64,000 nucleotides of DNA. Source: an uncultured Solirubrobacteraceae bacterium (lineage in GTDB: Bacteria > Actinomycetota > Thermoleophilia > Solirubrobacterales > Solirubrobacteraceae). Every line of letters begins with the position of its first letter. Position 1 is the stretch's first letter. The notes under the pieces are model-generated. The model was not told where the DNA came from, made no database searches, and saw only the letters and a program-made list of their open reading frames with translations. The position numbers and the translations under genes are program-made. The stretch spans positions 206 through 64,205 of the forward strand of contig CAVWPV010000014.1 of the NCBI GenBank assembly GCA_963756985.1. Direction: 5' to 3'. Shown in pieces: positions 1 through 9,024 of the stretch.

Positions 1-453
1 GTTCCGTCGCTGTACCGCAAGCACTTCGCGGATTGCCGCAAGGAGCGGCAGTTCGTGAGCGCGGCGTCGTTCTTCACGACGTTCGCGGTCGTGCGCGGGA
101 TCACCCACTCGATCCGGGCTGGGATCGGGCCGTTTCGCAACGTCACTGCCGGCGGTCGGCACATTCATCACATGACGTTCGGGATCATCGGGTTGCTGCT
201 GGTCGGATACCTTTGGCTGCTCGAGGTCGGCACCGCGACCGACAAGCGGCGCAGCTCACGCCTGACCTCGGCGACGTACGGCGCGGGCGCCGCGCTGACG
301 CTGGACGAGTTCGCGCTGTGGCTGAACCTCGAGGATGTCTACTGGGCCAAGCAGGGCCGCGAGAGCATCGACGCGGTCATCCTGTTCGGCTCACTGCTCT
401 CGATGGGCCTCGTCGGCAAGGATTTCCTGCGCGAGCTCGCGAGAATCCGATAG
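1..453 (+). CDS. Integral membrane protein, 5'-truncated by window edge
   Basis: Frame is open from base 1 (VPSLYRKHF...); hydrophobic helices with HIHH and ALTLDEFALWL motifs typical of an actinobacterial membrane family. Confidence 0.75.
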   Translation, partial: VPSLYRKHFADCRKERQFVSAASFFTTFAVVRGITHSIRAGIGPFRNVTAGGRHIHHMTFGIIGLLLVGYLWLLEVGTATDKRRSSRLTSATYGAGAALTLDEFALWLNLEDVYWAKQGRESIDAVILFGSLLSMGLVGKDFLRELARIR

Positions 454-1353
454 TTACTCGGTCGCGCTGAACTCCCAGATCGCGATCCCGAGCATCAGCA
501 GTCCGAGCAGCAGGATCACCGCCGCTTCGACGAGCCCGGGCACGCGCCACCCCCACCACGTGACGCCGTGGTCGAGTGCGGCCTTGGCGGCCGGCGAGAC
601 GTGCAGGTGGCTGAACACGAGTCGCCGCATCGGGTCGACGCCGTAGGTCAGCGGATCGATCCGGTTCAGCACCGTCAGCCAGCCGGGCAGACCGGAGGCC
701 GGGAACAGGGCGCCGGAGATGAAGAACATCGGCGTGACGATCATCTGCATCACACCCATGAACGACTGCATCTGCTTGATCCGGATCGCGACCATGATCC
801 CGAACGCGGTGATCGTGAACGCGAGCAACAGCTGCAGGCCGAAGATCCCGAGGATCAGCGTCGGCGCGTACGGGACGTGGACTAGCCCCGCGACGGCGAT
901 CACGATGATTCCCTGGATGCAGGCGACGCTGGCGCCGCCGAGCGTCTTGCCGATCACGATCGAAGAGCGGCGGACCGGCGCGACCATCATCTCGCGCAGG
1001 AAGCCGAACTCGCGGTCCCAGACGATCGAGGCCGCGCTGAACATCGCCGTGAACATCACCGCGATGCAGAGGATCCCCGGGTAGATGAACGTCCTCAGGC
1101 TGACGCCGTGGGTGCCCGCGCTCGCAAGCCGCTGGAGGCCCGAGCCGAGGACGAACAGGAACAGGAACGGCTGCACGAGCGTGGTCGCCATCCGCAGCCG
1201 GTCTGACCGGTAGCGGATCAGCTCTCGCCGCCACACGATCTTGATCGCGCGCAGTTCCGAGCGCAGGCTGCGCTTGGGCACGCTGACGCGGACGATCGGC
1301 GTGCCAGTGCCGGGCGGGGTGGTGAGCGCGGGGCGGTCCGTCGTGGTGCTCAT
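454..1353 (-). CDS. ABC-2 type exporter permease (DrrB-like)
   Basis: About 6 TM helices, DREFGFLREMMVAP motif; overlaps the upstream ATPase by 4 nt. Confidence 0.9.
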   Translation of the reverse strand: MSTTTDRPALTTPPGTGTPIVRVSVPKRSLRSELRAIKIVWRRELIRYRSDRLRMATTLVQPFLFLFVLGSGLQRLASAGTHGVSLRTFIYPGILCIAVMFTAMFSAASIVWDREFGFLREMMVAPVRRSSIVIGKTLGGASVACIQGIIVIAVAGLVHVPYAPTLILGIFGLQLLLAFTITAFGIMVAIRIKQMQSFMGVMQMIVTPMFFISGALFPASGLPGWLTVLNRIDPLTYGVDPMRRLVFSHLHVSPAAKAALDHGVTWWGWRVPGLVEAAVILLLGLLMLGIAIWEFSATE

Positions 1354-2357
1354 CGGCGGCCGCCCATCATCTGCGCCATCACGCGGTTGCGGTGCTTCGA
1401 GGAGTCTTCCTCGGCGTCGCGGATCGTGGTGCCGGTATAGGACATGAACACATCGTCGAGGGTCGGGCGTGAGACGTTGACGGATTTGATCGCGATGCCA
1501 AGCTCCGCGAACAGGCGCGGCACGAACTCCTCGCCCGCCGGCACGCCGAAGGTCACGACCCCCTCTGACATCTTCGCCTCAATCCCGAAGCGTTCCTGCA
1601 GCGCCTCGATCGCCGCCTCGTCATCTTCCGTTTGGATCGCGACGCGGTCCTTGCCGACCTGGGCCTTCAGCGCCTCCGGTGAGTCGAGCGCGACGATCTG
1701 GCCATGGTCCATGATCGCGATCCGGTCGCACCATTCGGCTTCGTCCATGTAGTGCGTGGTCATGAAGATCGTGATCTCCTCGCGCTCTTTGAGCTCGCGG
1801 ATGTAGGTCCAGATCGAGCGGCGCGTCTGCGGGTCGAGCCCGATCGTCGGCTCGTCGAGGAACAGCACGCGGGGCGAGTGCATCAGCCCGCGCGCGATCT
1901 CGAGCCGGCGGCGCATCCCGCCTGAGAACGTCGCGACCGTCGAGTCCCTGCGGTCCCACAGCGCGACCATCTTCAGCACCTGCTCCATTCGCGGCCCCAC
2001 GAGCTGTGACTCGACGCCGTACAGCTCGGCGTGGAGCCGGAGGTTCTGCGACGCCGTCAGATAGCCATCGAGCGTCGGGTCTTGGAACACGAGCCCGATG
2101 TTGCGGCGGACGTCGTCTCGGGCGCCGACCACGTCGTGGCCGGCGACGCTCGCCTTGCCCGATGTGGGCTTGGCGAGCGTGCACAGCATGTTGATCGTGG
2201 TCGTCTTGCCGGCGCCGTTCGGGCCGAGAAAGCCGAATACCTCGCCCATCTCGACCTCGAAGTCGACGCCGCGGACGGCGTGGACATCGCCGAACCGCTT
2301 GTCGAGCGCGTTGACCGTGATCGCGGGAGCCACCGTCCTCTCAGGGTACGAGATCAC
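1350..2357 (-). CDS. ABC exporter ATP-binding protein (DrrA-like)
   Basis: Walker A GPNGAGKT, signature FSGGM, Walker B LFLDEPT, H-loop TTH. Confidence 0.95.
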   Translation of the reverse strand: MISYPERTVAPAITVNALDKRFGDVHAVRGVDFEVEMGEVFGFLGPNGAGKTTTINMLCTLAKPTSGKASVAGHDVVGARDDVRRNIGLVFQDPTLDGYLTASQNLRLHAELYGVESQLVGPRMEQVLKMVALWDRRDSTVATFSGGMRRRLEIARGLMHSPRVLFLDEPTIGLDPQTRRSIWTYIRELKEREEITIFMTTHYMDEAEWCDRIAIMDHGQIVALDSPEALKAQVGKDRVAIQTEDDEAAIEALQERFGIEAKMSEGVVTFGVPAGEEFVPRLFAELGIAIKSVNVSRPTLDDVFMSYTGTTIRDAEEDSSKHRNRVMAQMMGGRR

Positions 2358-2986
2358 TCATCTTCCCCGGCGAGGATTCGGTAAAGGCGCTTGCGGGCCT
2401 CGTCGAGCACCTCGCGCGCCTTGCTGACCTGCTGCTCGTCGCCGGCGTACGCGACCTGCATTGCGGCCGAGGCGATCCCCTTGATGTGCTGGCGCAGCTC
2501 CCGCGGGCTCAGTCCATCTTCGTCGTGCTCCCACGGCGCGGCGACGTCGCCGCGCTCCTCCACCGTGGTCCGGCCGGCGTCAGTGAGCTCGAACGCCTTC
2601 GCGCCGTCGATCTCAGTCGCGCGGATCAGACCCTCGTCCTCGAGCTGTGACAGCGTCGGGTACACCGACCCTGGGCTCACGCGCCAGTGACCGCCGCTGC
2701 GCTCCTCGATCTCCCGCATGAGCTGGTAGCCATTGCGGGGTTCCTCGGCGAGCAGCAGCAGCACCGCGGTGCGGACGTCGCCGCGCCGCCGGCGGCCGCG
2801 ACCGCCTCCGAACGGACCGGAGCCGCCGCCGCCAAACCGCATCTGGCGCAGCTCCATGATGCGCTCGATCTCCTCGGGACTGGGGCGGCCACGCCGCCCG
2901 CGGCCGCGGCCACCTGGGCCACCACGGCCTGGCCCGCCGGCGGTTGCGAACCGCCAATAGGGCATATCCATCATTCCTTCTCGCAT
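2354..2986 (-). CDS. PadR family transcriptional regulator with Gly/Arg-rich N-terminus
   Basis: RGDVRTAVLLLLAEEPRNGYQLM...SPGSVYPTLSQLEDEGLI; ATG at 2986 preceded by GAAAGGAA SD. Confidence 0.9.
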   Translation of the reverse strand: MREGMMDMPYWRFATAGGPGRGGPGGRGRGRRGRPSPEEIERIMELRQMRFGGGGSGPFGGGRGRRRRGDVRTAVLLLLAEEPRNGYQLMREIEERSGGHWRVSPGSVYPTLSQLEDEGLIRATEIDGAKAFELTDAGRTTVEERGDVAAPWEHDEDGLSPRELRQHIKGIASAAMQVAYAGDEQQVSKAREVLDEARKRLYRILAGEDE

Positions 2987-3025
2987 CGTGAGTTCCTTTC
3001 GTTTCGTTCTATCACGATGTATTAA

Positions 3026-3043
3026 CGATATATCGCTTGTCAA
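3026..3043 (-). promoter_or_regulatory. Putative -35 (TTGACA, minus strand) with adjacent palindrome CGATATATCG, candidate PadR operator
   Basis: Perfect AT-rich 10-bp palindrome at 3026-3035 next to TTGACA upstream of padR; -10 not clearly canonical. Confidence 0.55.
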
Positions 3044-3065
3044 GTCTCCGGACGTCGCCGCGCAG

Positions 3066-3092
3066 AGTTCCTCCCGTACAGTGGGAGGAACT
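3066..3092 (-). terminator. GC-rich hairpin downstream of M48 peptidase gene
   Basis: Perfect 10-bp stem AGTTCCTCCC / GGGAGGAACT with 7-nt loop; no U-tract. Confidence 0.5.
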
Positions 3093-3146
3093 GCGCGTTG
3101 CGCGGTTTGTTGCGCGCCGGTGCAGTCGGTCGCGCCGGGGAGCGCG

Positions 3147-4170
3147 TCAGTCTTCGGAGCCGCCCGACCCGCCGCCGCGGGAGCGGAGCCAGTCGGCAAC
3201 CTGCTCGGCGACGCCGCCGACCTGGTTGCCCAGCTTCGTGACGTTGTCGCCGATGTCCTGGAACAGGCGGCGGAACCGTTCGGCGTAGAAGTCCATCGCG
3301 CGGCTCGCCTCTTCCGTGACCGGGGGCTCTTCGCCGCGCTTGAGGTAGTCGCCGCCGACGATCCGATCGTAATCGCCGCTCTTGACCCAGTTCATCACCT
3401 CGGACACGCGGCGGACCGCGTTCGGATGCGTCGCGCTGATCTCGTAGAAGAACCGGCGCACTCGGTCGCTGGGGTCATCCCAGTCCTCGTACTCCTGCGC
3501 CTGAGCGAGGAACGCATCGAGATTGAACTTGTCGGCGTGCATCCCACCCGCCATCACCATCAGCGTGCTGCAGACGATCCGGGGATCGCGGACGACCAGC
3601 GCGGCGGCGCGGTCGCAGCTGAGTTCGGCGGCGCGATACCACTCGAGCAGGACCGCGAGCACGGCCCGGATCGGGAGGCCGATCGGGAACGGGAAGCCGG
3701 CGCTTGCGTTGAGGATGATCTGCATCGCGGTCGTGTAGACCATGTGGTCGGAGAGGATGTGCGCCACCTCGTGCGCGAGCACGACGCGCTGCTCACCGGC
3801 GCCGAGTCCGCTCGAGCAGCGGCGTGCCGAATACGACGATCGGGTTGGTCGACCCGATCGCGAGGGCGTTCGGGCCGATCGTGTCGGACACATACAGGTC
3901 GTAGCTGCCCGGCATGTCGAGGATCCTGCAGACGCCGAGGTGGTTGTTCCACAAGTCGGGGAGCTGGCTGTCGCCGACGCGCACCGAATTGCTGAAGAAC
4001 CGCTGGCGCATCGCGCGCTCGTACTGCCACTCGATCAGCTTGCGCACGACCGTGTCGAGCATCGGGATCGCCTTCAACGCAGCGGTGGCGGCGCGGTCGG
4101 CGGGGTGCTCGTACGCCTTCGGCGAGATGTTCGGGTACGGCTTGAGCTCTTCTGGGAGGTTGTCGGCCAC
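3147..4170 (-). CDS. M48 family Zn metallopeptidase (HtpX/Ste24-like), frameshifted near 3810
   Basis: N-half YEHPADRAA...PNALAIG in ORF 3793-4284; C-half HEVAH, ELSCDR, THP in ORF 3147-3893; the halves join by one frame change. Confidence 0.85.
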
Positions 4171-4226
4171 GCCTGGCGACAGGGTATTGGGACGGAGTCC
4201 GCATTGCGAGCGATAATCGCCCGGCC

Positions 4227-4685
4227 ATGGGCGCGGTCGCGGTGACGCTCGGATTTCCCGGCTCGGTGCACGACGCCGAGTCACTGTGGTACGACACGGG
4301 TCGCTGGGTCGCGTGGGTAGACGGCCTTGACGCGGTCGTGTCGGTCGATGGCGATTGGCCGCACGTTGGCGCCACGGTGGTGTGGCAGTCCGGCCCGGCC
4401 GGCCGCGGGCGGGTCACCGAGCGTGTCGTCGAGTACGAGCCGCTCGATGGCCAGACCGTCGACGTGCAGGACGATGCGCTCACCGGACGACAGTCGGTCA
4501 GCTTCACGCCCGACGAGCATGCCGTCGAGATCACGCTGCGGCTCGAGTACCGCGTCACCAAGCGCTCGATCATCACGCCGATCGTCGATCTGCTGTTCAT
4601 CCGCAACGCGGTGCGCGCGTCACTGCGCGCGACGCTGGCGCGGTTCGGGCTCGAGCTCGAGACCGTGGTCAGGGGAGGGACGTGA
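4227..4685 (+). CDS. SRPBCC/START-like (polyketide cyclase) family protein
   Basis: 152 aa; LWYDTGRW..WVDGL N-terminal pattern and amphipathic C-terminal helix. Confidence 0.7.
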   Translation: MGAVAVTLGFPGSVHDAESLWYDTGRWVAWVDGLDAVVSVDGDWPHVGATVVWQSGPAGRGRVTERVVEYEPLDGQTVDVQDDALTGRQSVSFTPDEHAVEITLRLEYRVTKRSIITPIVDLLFIRNAVRASLRATLARFGLELETVVRGGT

Positions 4686-4787
4686 AAACGCCCCCTTGCG
4701 AGGGTGCCAATCAGCGGCGTACACTGACTCGACCGTTCCGGATGGCAGGGCTGGGCGGCAACGGCCATACGGATTCACGGAGGACCG

Positions 4788-5003
4788 GTGAACGGACTCG
4801 AAGAGCTGGGGCGCGGGCGACCCGCGGAGACGCGGCCATTCCCGATCGCGTTGATCGTCGTTTACTGCCTGCCGACCGTGCTGATCGCCGGTGGGCTGAT
4901 CGCGGCCGGAGGTACGCGGCTCGGGCTGCTGATTCCCGCGATCGTGTGCGGCGCAATGATCGGCGGGATGATGTTTCTCGGCCGTCTCGAACGGCGCGAT
5001 TGA
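4788..5003 (+). CDS. Small two-helix membrane protein
   Basis: GGAGG SD before GTG; two hydrophobic segments. Confidence 0.55.
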   Translation: MNGLEELGRGRPAETRPFPIALIVVYCLPTVLIAGGLIAAGGTRLGLLIPAIVCGAMIGGMMFLGRLERRD

Positions 5004-5054
5004 CGCCACGGGGTAAGCCGGGCCCGCCGATGGCGCGGCACTAGACTGCGCCGC

Positions 5055-5906
5055 ATGTTCGTGTTCAAAGCCGCCGTCGTCGGCGCCGGCACGATGGGCG
5101 GCGAGATCGCGCAGACGATCGCCAACGCCGACATCCCGGTGGTGCTCAAGGACGTCGATCAGAAGTTCGTCGATGCCGGCCTCGAGAAGGCCCGGTCGCT
5201 GTGGGAGGGCCGGGTCGACGCAGGCAAGATGGAGGCCGCCGAGCTCGAGCGGCGGATGGGGCTGATCACTGGAGCGACCAACTACGACGGGTTCGGCGAC
5301 GTCGACTTCGCGATCGAGGCGGTCCCCGAGCGGATGGAGATCAAACAGATCGTGTTCTCCGAGCTCGACGAGGTCACGCCGGGCCACGCGATCCTGAGCT
5401 CGAACACGTCGTCGCTGTCGATCACCGAGATGGGCGAGTGCACGAGCCGGCCCGACAAGGTCGTCGGTTTTCACTTCTTCTATCCGGCGTCGATGATGCG
5501 GCTGATCGAGGTGATCGAGAGCGACGACACGTCGATCGGGACCGTCCAGGCAGCGATGGCGTTCGCGCAGACGATCCGCAAGATGCCGATTCGCTGCGGC
5601 GAGGCGCCCGGGTTCGTCGTCAACCGGATTCTCAACTCGAGCGTGTCGGAGCTGTGGCGCGTGCAGCAGGAGACCGGCATCGACGTCAAGGAGCTCGATC
5701 GGATCGTCTCCGAGTCAAAGGCGGCGCCGATGGGACCGTTCTTCCTCACCGATCTGCTCGGCCTCGACACCGTGCTGCACGTCGCCGAGCACCTACACGA
5801 GTCATATGGCGACCGGTTCTTCGTCCACAAGCAGATGCAGGAGCTGGTCGCGGCGGGTGACCTCGGCGCGAAGACCGGAAAGGGCTTCTATGAGCACGGG
5901 AACTGA
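5055..5906 (+). CDS. 3-hydroxyacyl-CoA dehydrogenase
   Basis: GAGTMG Rossmann motif, IEAVPE, SNTSSLSI, GFHFFYP, PGFVVNR, KTGKGFY. Confidence 0.95.
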   Translation: MFVFKAAVVGAGTMGGEIAQTIANADIPVVLKDVDQKFVDAGLEKARSLWEGRVDAGKMEAAELERRMGLITGATNYDGFGDVDFAIEAVPERMEIKQIVFSELDEVTPGHAILSSNTSSLSITEMGECTSRPDKVVGFHFFYPASMMRLIEVIESDDTSIGTVQAAMAFAQTIRKMPIRCGEAPGFVVNRILNSSVSELWRVQQETGIDVKELDRIVSESKAAPMGPFFLTDLLGLDTVLHVAEHLHESYGDRFFVHKQMQELVAAGDLGAKTGKGFYEHGN

Positions 5907-6990
5907 AATCGGCACGGAGGCGCTCGTCGACCGGTTCACGCTCAAGGCGCTGGTCGAGAGCTGCCTGGTGCTGGAAGAGGGGATCGCGTCGATGAAGGAC
6001 ATCGACCTCGGGATGATGGCCGGAGCTGGGATCATCCCGCCGCCGTTCGCCCGGGCCGATCAGATCGGGCTCGACGAGGTGCTGGCGAAGCTCGAGGTGG
6101 CCGCGCGCGAGTGGGGGGAGAACTTCGCTCCGCCGACGGTGCTTCGGAGGTTGGTGGCGCAGGGCCGGCTCGGGGTCAAGACCGGCCAGGGATTCTTCCC
6201 CTACGCGCGGCCCGACGCAGGCTGGGACGAGAGCCCGGTGAAGCTCGAGACCCGCGGCGAGGTGGCGATCGCGTGGATCGACCGGCCGCCGGCGAACTCG
6301 ATCTCGCCCGAGGTTGTGCAGGCGCTGTCGAAGGTGTGGGATGCGGTTGGCGCTGCGGGCGTGCGGTCGCTGGTGTTCGCGTCCGCGAACCCGATGCTGT
6401 TCTGCGCCGGCGCGGACATCAAAGCGTTCACAACGATGGACGCTGCGGGTGGTCGCGAGCTGCTCGAGCAGATGCATGGTCTGCTGCGAGGAATGGAGCA
6501 GTCCTCGGTGACGACGATCGCGGCAGTCAACGCGGGGGCGTTCGGCGGCGGCTGCGAGCTCGCGATGGCGTGTGATTTCCGGCTCGCGGCGGAGTCGGCG
6601 ACCTTTGGCCAGCCCGAGATCAACCTCGGGATCATCCCCGGCTTCGGGGGTACTCAGCGGTTGCCGCGGCTGATCGGCGAGGCGAGAGCGCTCGAGATGA
6701 ACCTGATCGGCGACCCGATATCCGCCGGGGAGGCGTACGAGTACGGACTCGCGCACCGGATCGTGCCCGACCACGAGCTGCTCGACACGGCTCTGCTGTG
6801 GGCCCGGAAGCTCGCGGGCCAGGCGCCGCTCGCGATCGAGCAGATCAAGCGGGTGTCGGCCGCCGGCGACCTCGATACCGGGATCGAGGCCGAGAAGCAG
6901 GCGTTCGCGGCCGTGTTCGCGTCCGAGGACGCGCGCGAGGGGATCGGGGCGTTCGTCGAGAAGCGCAAGGCGCAGTTCAGCGGCAAGTGA
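5890..6990 (+). CDS. Enoyl-CoA hydratase with N-terminal 3HCDH C-terminal domain
   Basis: N-part DIDLGM...GRLGVKTGQGFF; crotonase motifs FCAGADI, GGGCELAMACD, PEINLGIIPGFGGTQRL. Confidence 0.9.
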   Translation: MSTGTEIGTEALVDRFTLKALVESCLVLEEGIASMKDIDLGMMAGAGIIPPPFARADQIGLDEVLAKLEVAAREWGENFAPPTVLRRLVAQGRLGVKTGQGFFPYARPDAGWDESPVKLETRGEVAIAWIDRPPANSISPEVVQALSKVWDAVGAAGVRSLVFASANPMLFCAGADIKAFTTMDAAGGRELLEQMHGLLRGMEQSSVTTIAAVNAGAFGGGCELAMACDFRLAAESATFGQPEINLGIIPGFGGTQRLPRLIGEARALEMNLIGDPISAGEAYEYGLAHRIVPDHELLDTALLWARKLAGQAPLAIEQIKRVSAAGDLDTGIEAEKQAFAAVFASEDAREGIGAFVEKRKAQFSGK

Positions 6991-7751
6991 GCGCGACGTC
7001 GACCGCCGCCGCGCTGGCGGATCTGATCCGCGGTGCGCGCTCCGTCGTCGCTTTGACCGGCGCGGGGATCTCGGTGCCGTCCGGGATCCCGGACTTCCGC
7101 TCGCCGGGGACCGGGCTGTGGGAGAACGTAGACCCGATGGAGGTCGCGCACATCGACGTCTTCCGCCGCGATCCCGAGCAGTTCTGGCAGTTCTACGGGC
7201 AGCGGTTTCAGACGCTCGGGTCCAAGCAGCCGAACGACGCGCATCGTGCGTTGGTGACGCTGGAGGGGGCGGGGATGCTCGAGGCGGTGATCACCCAGAA
7301 CATCGATCAGCTACACGCCCGCGCCGGGACACGCTCGCTGGTTGAGGTCCACGGCACGATCGGGCACGCCTCCTGCCTGCGCTGCGGCGCGGTGTATCCG
7401 GCGGATGAGGTTCGGGCGCGTCTTGACGTGGCCCCCGACGGCGTCCCACGCTGCGACTGCGAGCGGCCATTGAAACCCGACGTGGTGCTGTTCGGCGAGT
7501 ACCTGCCGGTCGATGCGATGGCGCGCGCCGAGCGGCTCGCCGCCGGTGCCGAGCTGCTGCTGTGCATCGGTTCGTCGCTCGAGGTCTATCCGGTCGCGCA
7601 GCTGCCGTCGGTGACGCTTGCCGCCGGCGGGCGGATCGCGATCATCACGCAGGGCCCGACGCAGTTCGACTCGCGGGCGGCCGTGCGGCTCGACGGCGAC
7701 GTCGTCGACGAGCTGAGCGCAGTGCTCGCCGCGCTCGATCTGGACAGCTAG
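6987..7751 (+). CDS. cobB: Sir2 family NAD-dependent protein deacylase
   Basis: GAGISVPSGIPDFR, TQNIDQLH, HG, Cys zinc ligands, KPDVVLFGE, GSSLEVYP. Confidence 0.92.
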   Translation: MSATSTAAALADLIRGARSVVALTGAGISVPSGIPDFRSPGTGLWENVDPMEVAHIDVFRRDPEQFWQFYGQRFQTLGSKQPNDAHRALVTLEGAGMLEAVITQNIDQLHARAGTRSLVEVHGTIGHASCLRCGAVYPADEVRARLDVAPDGVPRCDCERPLKPDVVLFGEYLPVDAMARAERLAAGAELLLCIGSSLEVYPVAQLPSVTLAAGGRIAIITQGPTQFDSRAAVRLDGDVVDELSAVLAALDLDS

Positions 7752-8134
7752 CGAGTGTTCAGGCCGCCGAGCGCGGCGCGGAGTGCGTCGAGGTCGGGAG
7801 AGCCGAACACGACGCGGTTGCGGGTGGCGATGTAGACGAGGTCGAGATTGACGCCCGCCTTGGCGATCTTCCGCGTGAGATCCGCAAGGACTCCGGGGCG
7901 ATCCTCGACGTCGACGACGACGACCTCCCGCTCGCTCGTGACCCCCAGGTTCGAGATTGCGAGGGAATGCCTGGCGGCCTCGGCGTGCTTGACGAGGATG
8001 TGCAGCTCTGCGCGGGCGCCAGCTCCCAGACAAGTGACCGCTGCGACGTTGACGCCGGCGTCGCTGATCGCCGCGGCGACCTGCGCCAGCGCTCCGGGGG
8101 TGTTCTCGACGTCGATCTCCAGATCAAAGGCCAT
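7748..8134 (-). CDS. Tandem ACT domain protein
   Basis: Two ACT repeats: ENTPGALAQVA and EDRPGVLADLT. Confidence 0.85.
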   Translation of the reverse strand: MAFDLEIDVENTPGALAQVAAAISDAGVNVAAVTCLGAGARAELHILVKHAEAARHSLAISNLGVTSEREVVVVDVEDRPGVLADLTRKIAKAGVNLDLVYIATRNRVVFGSPDLDALRAALGGLNTR

Positions 8135-8148
8135 GGCCCAATCAATCA

Positions 8149-9012
8149 TTACGCGTTCGCGACGGCGCGGGCACGAAAGATCGCCTCGATCCGCTTGAGC
8201 GTGAACGTCACCTGCTCGACGGTGTCCTCGCCGAGCCGGCCGGCGAGCGCCTCCTGCGCGGCCGCGCCGGTCTGCTCGCGGCGATCTCGGAGCTCGTCGA
8301 GGCGCTGGGTGAGCGCGTCAGCGGTGGGATCGAGCGCCAGCTCCGCGATCGCGGCGTCGAGCGCGACCAGGACCTGAAGCGCCGCCTCGCGGTATCGACC
8401 GTGATCAAGGTCGAGCCGGGCGCGGAGTGCCAGCTCCTCGCTGGCGAGCGCGGACTCGCGGCCGCTGAGCACCGCCGCGAGGCGGGCCTGCGGGTGGAGC
8501 ACGGTCGCGCGGCGTTGCCGGCCGTGCTTCTCGGTCAGCTCGACCGCGTCGGTCCACAGCCCATCGGCAACCTGCTCGCCGCCGCCGAACCCCACCCGCG
8601 CCACGAGCGCCTGGTGGCGCCCGATGCTGGTCATGAACGGGTCCGCGGTGACGAGCCGGAACGCGTGCAGGGCACGGTTCAGGACTTGCAGACCGGCGGC
8701 GAACTCGGGTTCCCCGGCCCTCGCGAGCCAGGCGCGCGCCTGGGCTTCGTCTGCGAACGCATCGCCGACTTCGATCACAGTGGCGCGGCCGGTGGTGACC
8801 GGAGTGGGCTCAGGCTCAGGTTCAACTTGACGCTTGCGCTTGGCGAACCGCCGGCGCTCCGGCGCGCCGAGCGTCGCGACTACGAGCACGTGGATCGGGG
8901 GCGCTTCGGGGGGAGCGCCCTCCGCGCGGAGCAGGTACCGGCCGTCCGGTGGGCCGAGGGCCCATGGGAGCTCAACCTGCGTGAAGCGGAAGAACCGTCG
9001 AGAGACGTCCAC
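8149..9012 (-). CDS. Hypothetical protein
   Basis: 287-aa ORF with genome-typical codon usage directly downstream of the transglycosylase gene; no family recognised. Confidence 0.7.
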   Translation of the reverse strand: MDVSRRFFRFTQVELPWALGPPDGRYLLRAEGAPPEAPPIHVLVVATLGAPERRRFAKRKRQVEPEPEPTPVTTGRATVIEVGDAFADEAQARAWLARAGEPEFAAGLQVLNRALHAFRLVTADPFMTSIGRHQALVARVGFGGGEQVADGLWTDAVELTEKHGRQRRATVLHPQARLAAVLSGRESALASEELALRARLDLDHGRYREAALQVLVALDAAIAELALDPTADALTQRLDELRDRREQTGAAAQEALAGRLGEDTVEQVTFTLKRIEAIFRARAVANA

Positions 9013-9024
9013 CCAGCGTTGCCA

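Noticed and set aside
4685-4708. Hairpin with A-tract as terminator of a hidden minus-strand RNA
   Set aside because: The stem is imperfect and there is no supported minus-strand gene or promoter; it may just stabilise the SRPBCC transcript end
6987-7751. Defence-type SIR2 NADase (Thoeris/DSR)
   Set aside because: Canonical short zinc-binding CobB-type sirtuin in a fatty-acid operon
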